Assembly: GCA_964433975.1 (NCBI GenBank)
Contig: CAYSSS010000001.1
Span: forward strand, 78,257-142,256
DNA: 64,000 nucleotides
Direction: 5' to 3'
Source: an uncultured Planctomycetia bacterium
GTDB lineage: Bacteria; Omnitrophota; Gorgyraeia; 2-01-FULL-45-10
The notes beneath the pieces are model-generated. The model searched no databases, was not told the origin of the DNA, and worked only from the letters and a program-made list of their open reading frames with translations. This document shows, in pieces, positions 47,972 through 57,312 of the stretch. How positions within the stretch are numbered: position 1 is the first letter of the stretch; each line of letters starts with the position of its first letter. The position numbers and the translations under genes were made by a program.

Positions 47972-48766
47972 ATGGTCGTTCAAAGGGAACTGTATAAAAA
48001 GATAGAATCGAATACAAAGAAATCCTGGGAGCTCAACTGGAGCAGGGTGGACCAGAAGTCCATTACCGAAATATTTGATTACCCGAGGGTCAGAAAGCTC
48101 GCGGCGGACTATCTTAGATATCTGCCCAGAGAGGGGATCGCTCTGGAGGCAGGTTGCGGGCTGGGGCAATGGATGGAATATTTTCGCTCCAATGGTTACA
48201 ACATGGTAGGAGTGGATTACAATGAAGCTACTATCTTTCAGGCGAAGAGTTATGGTGCCGGCCTCTCTTTGGCTACCGCCGATGTGAGGGCATTGCCGTT
48301 TAAGAACGAAAGTGTTGATACGTATATCTCCTTTGGAGTGATCGAGCATTTTATAGAAGGCCCTGAGGTGGCGTTAAGCGAGGCGTACAGGGTGCTGAAA
48401 AAAGGCGGGACAGCACTTATAACGGTCCCCCACAGAAACATCTTCACCGTTATCAAAAGTCCGGTAGAGTGGCTGAAGAGATCTTCTCTTTTAAGAAGGA
48501 TCTTTTCAAAAGAAAAAAGGATATATTATTATCAGAAATATTTTGAGCCGAAGAGATTGATGGCAAAATTCCGGGATGCGGGGTATGAGGTAATGCTACA
48601 TAAGCCGGTAGACCACACATTCTCTTTGGTGGAATTTTCAGGTATCTTCAGGGATAAAAAGACGTATGACGGTGAAAATGCTTTTGCTGTAAAGTTAGGT
48701 GGCGTGCTGGAAAAATTTTTCCCGCATATGTGCGCCGGAAGTAACTTATTTGTCCTTAAAAAGTAG
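47972..48766 (+). CDS. Class I SAM-dependent methyltransferase
   Basis: LEAGCGLG, GVD, DVRALPF, GVIEHF, EAYRVLKKGG. Confidence 0.9.
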   Translation: MVVQRELYKKIESNTKKSWELNWSRVDQKSITEIFDYPRVRKLAADYLRYLPREGIALEAGCGLGQWMEYFRSNGYNMVGVDYNEATIFQAKSYGAGLSLATADVRALPFKNESVDTYISFGVIEHFIEGPEVALSEAYRVLKKGGTALITVPHRNIFTVIKSPVEWLKRSSLLRRIFSKEKRIYYYQKYFEPKRLMAKFRDAGYEVMLHKPVDHTFSLVEFSGIFRDKKTYDGENAFAVKLGGVLEKFFPHMCAGSNLFVLKK

Positions 48767-48790
48767 GAACGCTAAATAAAGAGGTGAGAA

Positions 48791-49738
48791 ATGAGATTAA
48801 TAGTCCAGATACCCTGTTATAACGAGGAAAAGACATTGCCGCTTGTTTTGAATAGCATACCCAGAAAGATAAACGGCATAGATGACGTAAAGATCCTGGT
48901 AATAAACGACGGGAGCAGTGACAAGACCGTAGAGGTGGCGAAGAAGTTGGGAGTCGACCATATAGTAGATATGCCTTTTCACCGGGGTTTAGCCGAGGCG
49001 TTCAGGAAGGGTCTCGATAAAAGTCTGGAATTGGGGGCCGATATCATAGTGAATACTGATGGGGATAATCAGTATAAAGGAGAGGACATACCGCGGCTGG
49101 TAGAGCCTATCCTCAATAAAAGAGCCGAGATAGTTATAGGGTGCAGAGATATCTTCGCGATCTCCCACTTCTCTGTTTTAAAGAAGCTGCTTCAGGGAGT
49201 GGGTAGCTATATCGTAAGGAAATTTTCCAACACCGCGATACCCGACACTACAAGTGGTTTCAGGGCCTACTCCAGGGACGCCGCGCTGCGCCTGAATATC
49301 TTTTCAGCCTACACGTATACCCTTGAAACTATTATACAGGCGGGGAGAAAAGAGATCCCGTTAGCGCATATCGACATCAAGACAAACGAAAAGACGAGAG
49401 AGTCCAGACTGATAAAGAGCATAACATCCTATATCAGAAGGTCAATAGCGACTATCTTGCGCATATATCTCATGTATGAGCCGATGAAGTTCTTTGTAAA
49501 GATAGGATCGGTCTTTTTAGCGCTCGCGGCAATATTAGGCGGGCGCTATGTCTATTTCTTTTTCTTTGGCGCGAAGCGAGGCGGACATGTACAATCGCTT
49601 ATCCTGGCGATCATCCTGACCATAATAGGCGCTCAGCTGGTCTTTACCGGATTTTTGGCGGACATAATAGCCGCTAACAGGAAACTGGCGGAAGAGAACC
49701 TGTACAGGCAGAGGAAGGAGCAGCTTAAGGTAAAATAG
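48791..49738 (+). CDS. GT2 glycosyltransferase with two C-terminal TM helices (polyprenol-P sugar transferase-like)
   Basis: IPCYNEE, NDGSSD, NTDGDNQY, DTTSGFRA, hydrophobic C-terminus. Confidence 0.85.
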   Translation: MRLIVQIPCYNEEKTLPLVLNSIPRKINGIDDVKILVINDGSSDKTVEVAKKLGVDHIVDMPFHRGLAEAFRKGLDKSLELGADIIVNTDGDNQYKGEDIPRLVEPILNKRAEIVIGCRDIFAISHFSVLKKLLQGVGSYIVRKFSNTAIPDTTSGFRAYSRDAALRLNIFSAYTYTLETIIQAGRKEIPLAHIDIKTNEKTRESRLIKSITSYIRRSIATILRIYLMYEPMKFFVKIGSVFLALAAILGGRYVYFFFFGAKRGGHVQSLILAIILTIIGAQLVFTGFLADIIAANRKLAEENLYRQRKEQLKVK

Positions 49739-49746
49739 AGCCCATC

Positions 49747-50853
49747 ATGAAAATTTTATATATAACACGCAAATTCCCCCCCACTATAGGCGGGATGCAG
49801 ACCCAAAGCAGGCAATTTTACGAAAATATCAGTAAGCGTAATGATGTTTTTCTGATAGCCTGGGGCCATTCTCAATTTTTTCTGCCGTTTTTCATTATTT
49901 ACGCTTTTGTAAGGGCGGCCATAATATTATCAACAAAAGATGTCGAGATAATTCAGCTGGGGGACTTTGTACTCTCGCCCCTGGGGTCATTGCTGAAAAC
50001 TTTATTCAAAAAACCTGTTCTGACCATATCACACGGCAGGGACTCTGTTTACACTAGTCCGTTTTATGATCATTTCATACTGGGCTCCGCAAAAAAACTG
50101 GACAGGGTCATATGTGTAAGCCGCAATAACATGAAGACGCTTGCCTCCAGGGGCATCCCGGAAGATAAGCTGAGAGTTATACCTAACGGGATAAACTTAG
50201 GTGATGCAAACATCAATGATCTAAATAGAGAGCAGTCTCTCGATCTGATAGAAAAAAGATTCGGTATCAATTTGAGGGAGAAGAATAATATTCTTTCGGT
50301 ATCCCGGCTCGTTCCCAAGAAGGGCATAAGGGAGTTCGTAGAAGACGTGCTGCCTTCGATCAGCAAAAGAGTGGATAACGCGTGCTTTGTGATAGCGGGC
50401 GACGGATGCGAAAAGGAGAGGATCTATCAGGCGGTGAACAGGCTCAATCTTAAGGATAGGGTCTATCTGCTGGGAAACGTTGAGCACGGTTCTGCCATAT
50501 ACAGAGCGTTATTTTCGGTGAGTAATGTATTCGTTATGCCGAACATACGGGTCAGTGATGACGCCGAGGGTTTCGGTGTAGTGGCGTTGGAGGCGGCTGT
50601 CAACAAAACGCCTCTTGTCGCTTATGATGTAGATGGCATAAGCGAGGCGGTGCACGACAAAGAGAACGGCATCCTGATCAAAGAAAAGAACGCGGAGCTT
50701 TTTTCGGACGCCGTGTGCGGTTTTTTAAAAGACAGCGTATTGCGCCAGAATTTTACGAACAGGGCAAGAGAATATGTCGCAAAAAAATTCTCCTGGGATC
50801 GCATCATAGGCATGTATGAAGAGGAATACCTTCAGCTTTTAAAAAGAGGATGA
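49747..50853 (+). CDS. GT4 glycosyltransferase
   Basis: FPP.IGGMQ, IPNG, SRLVPKKG, EGFGVVALEA. Confidence 0.9.
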   Translation: MKILYITRKFPPTIGGMQTQSRQFYENISKRNDVFLIAWGHSQFFLPFFIIYAFVRAAIILSTKDVEIIQLGDFVLSPLGSLLKTLFKKPVLTISHGRDSVYTSPFYDHFILGSAKKLDRVICVSRNNMKTLASRGIPEDKLRVIPNGINLGDANINDLNREQSLDLIEKRFGINLREKNNILSVSRLVPKKGIREFVEDVLPSISKRVDNACFVIAGDGCEKERIYQAVNRLNLKDRVYLLGNVEHGSAIYRALFSVSNVFVMPNIRVSDDAEGFGVVALEAAVNKTPLVAYDVDGISEAVHDKENGILIKEKNAELFSDAVCGFLKDSVLRQNFTNRAREYVAKKFSWDRIIGMYEEEYLQLLKRG

Positions 50854-50856
50854 TAT

Positions 50857-51543
50857 ATGGCCGGGACCGCATATACGAAGACTACCGAAAAGAACAAAGA
50901 GTTCTATAACAAGCTTTATAAAAAGTCCAGAGTCAAGAGGGCGTATTTTGGGGAATTGAAGTACTTCCTCGACATGGCGGGCGACACAATGGGTAAGGTC
51001 GTAGTATCGATAGGGAACGGAGATAACGAGCCTCTATTTCAGAAGCAGATAGTTTCCGATATATCTTTGGAGGGCATGAGGAATGTGCGATCCGGGCCCA
51101 AGTGCGTTATTGACGCGCACAACATGCCCTTTAAGCAGGATTCGGTAGACCTTATTTACGGTTGGCAGGTTGCCCATCACCTGGATGTTAACAGGTTCCT
51201 CGCGCAGTTGAAATATGTGCTTAAGGCCGGCGGCAAGGCTATCTTTGTGGATAATGCCTACTCTCCGCAATGGAGGTACTTAAGAAAGCTGTTACCCAAA
51301 AGTAAAGTAGACCCCAAAGAGGATCTCGGAGAAGAGTACCTGTCCGAGAAGGCCGGTGAATACGGTTTTTCGCATTTCAGTTCGAAGAGGTTCAATTTTT
51401 TCGCGTATCTCGTGAATAAATTAATGAGAAACGCAGGCCTGAATGTAAAGCTGGATTTTCTTGAGCATCTGGACAATTATTGTTCCAGATGGAAAATATT
51501 CCGGGATAACCTGAGGAATATGGTATGGAGCCTGGAAAAATGA
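50857..51543 (+). CDS. Class I SAM methyltransferase-like protein
   Basis: SDIS, DAHNMPF..DSVD, HHL, VLKAGG; motif I is divergent (SIGNGD). Confidence 0.7.
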   Translation: MAGTAYTKTTEKNKEFYNKLYKKSRVKRAYFGELKYFLDMAGDTMGKVVVSIGNGDNEPLFQKQIVSDISLEGMRNVRSGPKCVIDAHNMPFKQDSVDLIYGWQVAHHLDVNRFLAQLKYVLKAGGKAIFVDNAYSPQWRYLRKLLPKSKVDPKEDLGEEYLSEKAGEYGFSHFSSKRFNFFAYLVNKLMRNAGLNVKLDFLEHLDNYCSRWKIFRDNLRNMVWSLEK

Positions 51544-51559
51544 GAGGCAGTCTACCGCT

Positions 51560-52684
51560 ATGAGGATATTTTCTGTTACAATGGCGCCGATAAGCCCTCC
51601 TTATGACGACGGGCCGAAGAATATTGTGATGGCGCTGGCGAAAAAACTGCCCATGCACGATTATTATTTTGTTTCATCGCGCAAACGAAGCTTTCCGCAC
51701 ACAGCTAATACCATATTTATCAAATCCCCTTTTCAAAGAACAGGGCGGCACAGCATGGCGTTATTTCAAAAAATTTATATATTCTTCCTGACCGTTCTTT
51801 ACAAGAGCAGGATGGACCTCTTCCAGTTCTTCTTTACGCCGCAGCCATATTTTTCGTTTATCTTCAGAAGGCTCCTAAAGAATAAGAGGTCAATACAGAT
51901 AGTCTCATCGATACATACATTATTGGAAAAAAATGGAGAGGACGCGATCGGCTCTCTCTTCTTTTCGGATTATGTAGTGGTGCATTCCGAATATGCCAGG
52001 CAAAAACTTGCCGAAAAGAATGTAAAGAATATAGTAAAGATCTATCCGGCCATAGAAGAAGAGCGTTTTAACGGCGTAACGGCGCCGGATTCCTGCGGAG
52101 AGGTAAGAATAGTATACCCGGGGACATATAAAGTGCTGGCCGATGCTTATTCGCTGGGGGATTTCTGTAAAATAGCTCTGCGCGTGAAAGACGAGGTAAG
52201 CAACGCGAGGTTTGTTATGGCCTGCCGGATAAGGACAAGGGAAGACTCAGGTCTTGAGAAGAGATTCAAGTCGCTGGTAAGAGAATGCGGTCTTGAGAGA
52301 TCGTTTACTTTTCTTAATACCATAGACGAGATGCCGTCATTTTTAAAAGGATGCTCCATTGGTATAATGCCGGCCAGGCGTCCGATGAGCGGTATACTGG
52401 AGATTCCACTCGTTCTGCTCGAACTCGCGATCCTCGGTAAGCCGGTAGTCTACGGGAACGTTCCGCCGCTTGGGGAACTTGACAGCAGGGGGCTGGGCAT
52501 AATGGTATCCGATGATTCGTGCGAATCTTACGCTAAAGCGATTATAAAGTGCGTCAACGACGGCGGTTATGCTTCGATGGTTGGCGAAAGGTCAAGGAAT
52601 GCCGTAAGGGTGGATTTCACAATAGATATCGCCGCAGGCGAGTATCAACGATTATATAAAGTACTTCAGGATAAAGATGAATAG
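51560..52684 (+). CDS. GT4-like glycosyltransferase
   Basis: GT-B features: PP.DDG, IYPAI, EIPLVLLELAILGKPVV. Confidence 0.75.
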   Translation: MRIFSVTMAPISPPYDDGPKNIVMALAKKLPMHDYYFVSSRKRSFPHTANTIFIKSPFQRTGRHSMALFQKIYIFFLTVLYKSRMDLFQFFFTPQPYFSFIFRRLLKNKRSIQIVSSIHTLLEKNGEDAIGSLFFSDYVVVHSEYARQKLAEKNVKNIVKIYPAIEEERFNGVTAPDSCGEVRIVYPGTYKVLADAYSLGDFCKIALRVKDEVSNARFVMACRIRTREDSGLEKRFKSLVRECGLERSFTFLNTIDEMPSFLKGCSIGIMPARRPMSGILEIPLVLLELAILGKPVVYGNVPPLGELDSRGLGIMVSDDSCESYAKAIIKCVNDGGYASMVGERSRNAVRVDFTIDIAAGEYQRLYKVLQDKDE

Positions 52685-54179
52685 CGATCAAAGAGTACGT
52701 CTGATAACGCACGACTCCTATCCGCCGGATGCCAGGACTAAAAGAGCGCTCTCCGGAATGGCCGATGTGGAGGGCGTGGTAAAACCCATTGTGGCCCTTC
52801 CCGACATTCATTTTAAGCACTCGTACCACACGCCGACGGGCGTCGTTGTAATGACAAGAGACAGAATAATACCGAAATTTGTCAACGCAAATTGCGGCAT
52901 GTCTTTTATTAAAACGCCATTCTTCGAGCGCGATATAAACAACGATACCCTGGACACGATATTCAATCACTTGCGAAATAATATAGCGGTCTCTGCCAGG
53001 AGTGCGCCTATTATCAGCAGTTCCGATCTTAAAGATATAGTAAGAAGAGGCGCAGAGTGGTCTATTGAAAAGTACGGACTCTCTCCCGACGACCTTGGCA
53101 GTTTTGAAAATAACGGCTCACTCTTAAAGGATGACACAAGAAGCATAGACGAGATCATGTCATATATACCCCAGGCCTGTCAGCAGATGGGGCTGTTGAG
53201 TTGGGGGGTCTTGGGATACGGCAATCATTTTGTGGAGCTTCATGTTGTGGAAGAGATAGTTAATGCCGAGATAGCGCAACAATTCAATATATCAAAAGGT
53301 CAGATCTGTTTTATGATCCACGGGGACTCACGCGCCTTCGGGCAGTCCATATTTGACTTTTACTCCGGCAAAGCGAAGAAGCTGTTCGGGCTGCAGCAGG
53401 TCTACAAGAAGCTGCACTATAAAATATTTTCTTCGCCGCACAGCTCACCAATAATGAAAAGTGTTCTCGATAAGCTTAATTATTATCTCAACAGGGCGAA
53501 GTCGACGGTCTATTGGAAGATGGATGGATGGAAGAAGAACGGACGCGCCTCCTTCGGCGGCTTTGACGCCCAGAGCGAGGAGGGGGTGGCTTATCTGACG
53601 AGCACTTACTCGGCCATAGATTACGGTTATGCTAACAGGGCCTACATGGCCTCCATAATCCGGGACTCCTTAAAACATGCGTTCAAAGATGATTCGGCAG
53701 AGGTGAATATTCTGTACGACGGGAACCACGATGCCCTGCAGAAGGAGGTCGTTGATGGCGTTGAATTCTATGCGCACAGGAACGGAGCGAGCAGGGCATT
53801 GCCTGCCGGTTATTTTAAGGACCATCCCGTATTTTCACAGACCGGACAGCCGATATTACTGCCAAGCTCTCTGGGAAGCCCCTCTTTTTTATGCGCCGTT
53901 ACAAAGGGATGCAAGGACTCCTATTACTCCTCCTGCCACGGTACGGGCAGGATAGTGGACAGGGGCCAGGCGAGGCAGCTCTTCACGGCAAAAGATATAT
54001 TCGAGGATATGAAGAGCAAGAATGTCAGGATATACGATTATGGAAAAGGCAACGCGTCGGAAGAGGCGCCCGGCGCTTTTAAGGACGTGGAAAAGATCCT
54101 CGAGTCTGTGATAAAGCACGGGATCGCGGAGCCGGTGGCAAGGTTAAAGCCTCTGGCGTCCCTTAAAGGTTGGAGGTAA
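52677..54179 (+). CDS. RtcB-family (3'-phosphate/GTP-dependent ligase) homologue, divergent
   Basis: LPDIH, NCGM, GNHFVE, MIHGDSR, HRNGASRA, GQP.LLP.S.G, SCHGTGR (guanylylated His), EEAPGAFKDV, LKG. Confidence 0.9.
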   Translation: MNSDQRVRLITHDSYPPDARTKRALSGMADVEGVVKPIVALPDIHFKHSYHTPTGVVVMTRDRIIPKFVNANCGMSFIKTPFFERDINNDTLDTIFNHLRNNIAVSARSAPIISSSDLKDIVRRGAEWSIEKYGLSPDDLGSFENNGSLLKDDTRSIDEIMSYIPQACQQMGLLSWGVLGYGNHFVELHVVEEIVNAEIAQQFNISKGQICFMIHGDSRAFGQSIFDFYSGKAKKLFGLQQVYKKLHYKIFSSPHSSPIMKSVLDKLNYYLNRAKSTVYWKMDGWKKNGRASFGGFDAQSEEGVAYLTSTYSAIDYGYANRAYMASIIRDSLKHAFKDDSAEVNILYDGNHDALQKEVVDGVEFYAHRNGASRALPAGYFKDHPVFSQTGQPILLPSSLGSPSFLCAVTKGCKDSYYSSCHGTGRIVDRGQARQLFTAKDIFEDMKSKNVRIYDYGKGNASEEAPGAFKDVEKILESVIKHGIAEPVARLKPLASLKGWR

Positions 54180-54180
54180 T

Positions 54181-54801
54181 TTGATAATAGCATTTTCCGG
54201 CATTGACGGCTCAGGCAAGACCACATACGCGGTCTCGGTGGTCGAATACATAAGGGGTAAGAGCCTGAAGGCCAGGTACAGGCACAATGTAAGAGATACT
54301 TTCTATCACCTGATCCTTCATAAGGGTATAGGAGGCGTTTCGGAATCATCCAGGGCGTCCATAGAAACGGCCTTAAGAAACAAAAAGAACAGGGCGTATT
54401 TTTCTTTTGCCGGGTCCATAAAAAAAATCCTCCTTCTTATGGACCTAATCTTCTTTAATATCAGGTACGGAAGCTACAAAGGGTCCAGGGCGAAGACGCT
54501 GGTTTGCGACAGGTATTTTTATGACGAAATCGTGCAGATGAGATATCTTGGCCTTTCGCGGGAAAAGTTCATCCGTTTTTATGAGAGCCTTATAATAAGT
54601 CCGGATACGCTATTCTTCGTAAAGAGCGATCCGATGGTCGCGTACGAAAGAAAGAGCGAGTACGACAAAGAATATTTTCTGAAAAAAACGGATCTCTATT
54701 CGGACGCGTATAAGACGATAGGACACGTGGAGATAGAAGACAGCGATCTTAAAGTTAATGAGCGCTCCATAAAGGCCAAGATCGACAGGGTGATATGTTA
54801 A
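54181..54801 (+). CDS. Thymidylate-kinase-like P-loop kinase
   Basis: FSGIDGSGKTT P-loop, CDRYFYD, PD..F, P..A..RK.E; TTG start 1 nt after the RtcB stop. Confidence 0.8.
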   Translation: MIIAFSGIDGSGKTTYAVSVVEYIRGKSLKARYRHNVRDTFYHLILHKGIGGVSESSRASIETALRNKKNRAYFSFAGSIKKILLLMDLIFFNIRYGSYKGSRAKTLVCDRYFYDEIVQMRYLGLSREKFIRFYESLIISPDTLFFVKSDPMVAYERKSEYDKEYFLKKTDLYSDAYKTIGHVEIEDSDLKVNERSIKAKIDRVIC

Positions 54802-55745
54802 ATATGACAAAAAAACGTTTTTTACAGAAATTGCTTATAGTGATCATTACGCTGGCGTTCGCCTTTTATATCAAAAAGAACTTTCATCATCTTAGGGATA
54901 CGGTCTCTATACGGCCTTCATTTCTTATATTCCTGGTCCTGCTGAATCTGCTGAATAAGCTATTTCTCGGTTTCAAGACACGCAGAATAATGGAGTCGTT
55001 CGGCATACGCCTTTCGTTCAAAGAATGGTTCGGCATGTCATGTGTAGGTAATTTTTATAATTATCTCGTACCAAAAAGCGGCACGGCGGTCTGCGGCGTA
55101 TATATGAAGAATAAGTATGGCCTTAACTATCATAAGTACCTTAGCGTGCTGATAACCACGGGATTGATCACGATATTTACTTCCGGGCTGGTAGGCCTGG
55201 TGGTCAGCCTATTTTTCCGCTTACCTCATTTTATGGACACGGTGATCTTTATGATATTGTTCACGGGCATGATCGCGGGGCCGTCCGCTCTCTTTCTCCT
55301 GCCGAGGATCAGGCTTCCCGAAAAAGGTCTCTTTATAAAAATAAATGAATTTTTCGAAGGGTGGGAGATATTGCGCAAGGATCTTAAGACAATTATAGCG
55401 ATCTCCATGGTAGATCTTCTGGTTCTGTTATCTGTGGCGGCGCGCTACTTTATCATATTCAAGATCTTCTCCTTGCCGATCGCTTTCGCGTCTTGTGTAC
55501 TGCTTTCACCGTTTAATATAATCACTCATTTCGCCACGATAATTCCGGGTGGTTACGGTATAAAAGAGGCTACGGTAGGGGCCGTCTCAACCTTGACCAA
55601 TATATCATTTGCGGCCGGGGCGCTGGCTACTCTTACCGACAGGGTGGTCATGATGGCGGTCGCATTTATTCTGGGCCCGATCTTCAGCTTTATCCTGCTA
55701 AAGCATAGTTTTAAAGATAACAAAGGGGGAGCGCTTCATGAATAA
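54795..55745 (+). CDS. Lysylphosphatidylglycerol-synthase-TM / flippase-like membrane protein (AglD2/YbhN-like)
   Basis: GNFYNYLVP..G and IPGGYGIKE..., DR motifs in a multi-TM protein. Confidence 0.78.
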   Translation: MLNMTKKRFLQKLLIVIITLAFAFYIKKNFHHLRDTVSIRPSFLIFLVLLNLLNKLFLGFKTRRIMESFGIRLSFKEWFGMSCVGNFYNYLVPKSGTAVCGVYMKNKYGLNYHKYLSVLITTGLITIFTSGLVGLVVSLFFRLPHFMDTVIFMILFTGMIAGPSALFLLPRIRLPEKGLFIKINEFFEGWEILRKDLKTIIAISMVDLLVLLSVAARYFIIFKIFSLPIAFASCVLLSPFNIITHFATIIPGGYGIKEATVGAVSTLTNISFAAGALATLTDRVVMMAVAFILGPIFSFILLKHSFKDNKGGALHE

Positions 55746-57306
55746 TCAAGGCTCATGCGCCGTAGCAATAGCCGTATTTTTTATATCGCTGTACTCTCTA
55801 TTCTGTATAGGCCATTACGGTGGTGACGGTTACGAGGATTTTCTGACGGCCAAAAGTATTGTGCTGCATCGTAGTCTGGCGCTCGGCGGCGGCCCTGATA
55901 GCGTCGGGCATGGCGATATGGACGAGTTAAATTATAAAAAAGACGCAGGAATAGAAGGACGGGATGGAAGAAAGTACAGCTCACGGGGAGGCCTTATAAT
56001 TCCGGCAATACTCTCCTTCTTTTATCTCGCGGGGCATGTCGTGTCCGGATTTTTCAAGAATATACCGCATGACTTTATAACGATCTTCTTTGTTTCGTTT
56101 TCAAACCCTGTTATTTCCGCCGTCAACTGCTTATTAATATTTCTTATTTCTTTGGGTCTCTCTTTTTCAAGGCGTACATCTATAGCGTTGACCATGATAT
56201 ACGGCCTCGCTACGATGGTGCCGGTATATTCAAGGACGGGATTCGGAGAGCCGGCAATGACATTATTCATTCTTCTGGCGGTATATTTTGCCTTAAGGTT
56301 TCAAAATACTGCTAAAATAGGATATCTCGCCGCCGCAGGCGCCGCGATAGGGCTAGCCGTTTTTACAAGATCAACGGCTATAATATTTTTACCGGCTCTT
56401 ATTTTTTATATCGGATGGATTATATTGTCAGGCAGGAAAGAGAGGGGAGGCCTCCTTAAAGAAATGGCGACGTTTGCTGTGCCATTGCTTGTTATTCTGG
56501 TCGCGGTAATCGGATGCAATTATTTCATATACGGGAAGATACTGAAGTTTGGCGGCAGGGAGGCGTTAGGCGTTACGGGACGCGTCATGGAAGCGCCTCA
56601 TCTTTTAAAAGGTTTGTACTATTATCTATTCAGCACGGGTAAAGGTTTTTTCCTGTTCAATCTTCCGCTGGTACTTTCATTCGCCGGGTTATTATTGGTA
56701 CCTTTAAAGAGAAAAAAAGAGGCGGCGCTTTTTATCCTGATATTTATCTGCAACCTTCTATTCTTCAGCATGTCCTTCAGGCGGGGGTCTCTTTTCGCGT
56801 GGGGCCCAAGGTATCTTTATCCTTCGGTTGCCGCGCTTGTGCTTTTGGCGGGATTTTTTATCGACAACAATAGAAGTCTTAAAGGCAAATTAAGTACGGC
56901 CGTTCTTTCTATAGTGGGATTTTTGATCATGGCGCCCTGCATGTTTATCAATCAATCGAAGTTCTATTTTTTTGTTAAGGAAAAGCTTAATCTGCCGGAA
57001 TATATGATCAACTTTATCCCGGATCTTTCGCCCATTCTTGGCGCATGGAAGATGTTTATATCGCGCCTGGTTTTTATCGCGAAGGGCGTGGAAGCGCCTT
57101 TCATATACAATCCTGATTACAGGCTCGTATCTCCGATAAGCGCCAGCATGGCCGAATATAATGATTTCGATTTTTGGTTTACTAAGGTGTTCTATTACAA
57201 TAGCGAATACGCTCCCGCGGTATATGGAGCTGTGTTCGCGCTTACGGCTGCAGCGTTAATATCGCTTGCCTTTATTTTAAGAGAAGCGCGCAAGAGGAGC
57301 GTTTAA
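55738..57306 (+). CDS. GT-C fold membrane glycosyltransferase
   Basis: GGDG..., YS...G, YGLAT....YSRT.F.EP, S.GKG.F.F..P, WGPRYL.P; many TM helices. Confidence 0.72.
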   Translation: MNNQGSCAVAIAVFFISLYSLFCIGHYGGDGYEDFLTAKSIVLHRSLALGGGPDSVGHGDMDELNYKKDAGIEGRDGRKYSSRGGLIIPAILSFFYLAGHVVSGFFKNIPHDFITIFFVSFSNPVISAVNCLLIFLISLGLSFSRRTSIALTMIYGLATMVPVYSRTGFGEPAMTLFILLAVYFALRFQNTAKIGYLAAAGAAIGLAVFTRSTAIIFLPALIFYIGWIILSGRKERGGLLKEMATFAVPLLVILVAVIGCNYFIYGKILKFGGREALGVTGRVMEAPHLLKGLYYYLFSTGKGFFLFNLPLVLSFAGLLLVPLKRKKEAALFILIFICNLLFFSMSFRRGSLFAWGPRYLYPSVAALVLLAGFFIDNNRSLKGKLSTAVLSIVGFLIMAPCMFINQSKFYFFVKEKLNLPEYMINFIPDLSPILGAWKMFISRLVFIAKGVEAPFIYNPDYRLVSPISASMAEYNDFDFWFTKVFYYNSEYAPAVYGAVFALTAAALISLAFILREARKRSV

Positions 57307-57312
57307 ATATAG

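Noticed and set aside
54181-54801. Housekeeping thymidylate kinase (tmk)
   Set aside because: It lacks the REPG segment, has DRYFYD rather than DRxxxS, and sits in a glycan cassette; only called TMK-like.
56229-56252. Minus-strand TGTCATTGCCGG...GAATCC resembling a fourth tagged palindrome
   Set aside because: The arms do not pair properly and the stretch encodes a conserved-looking GT-C motif (TGFGEPAMT); likely chance.
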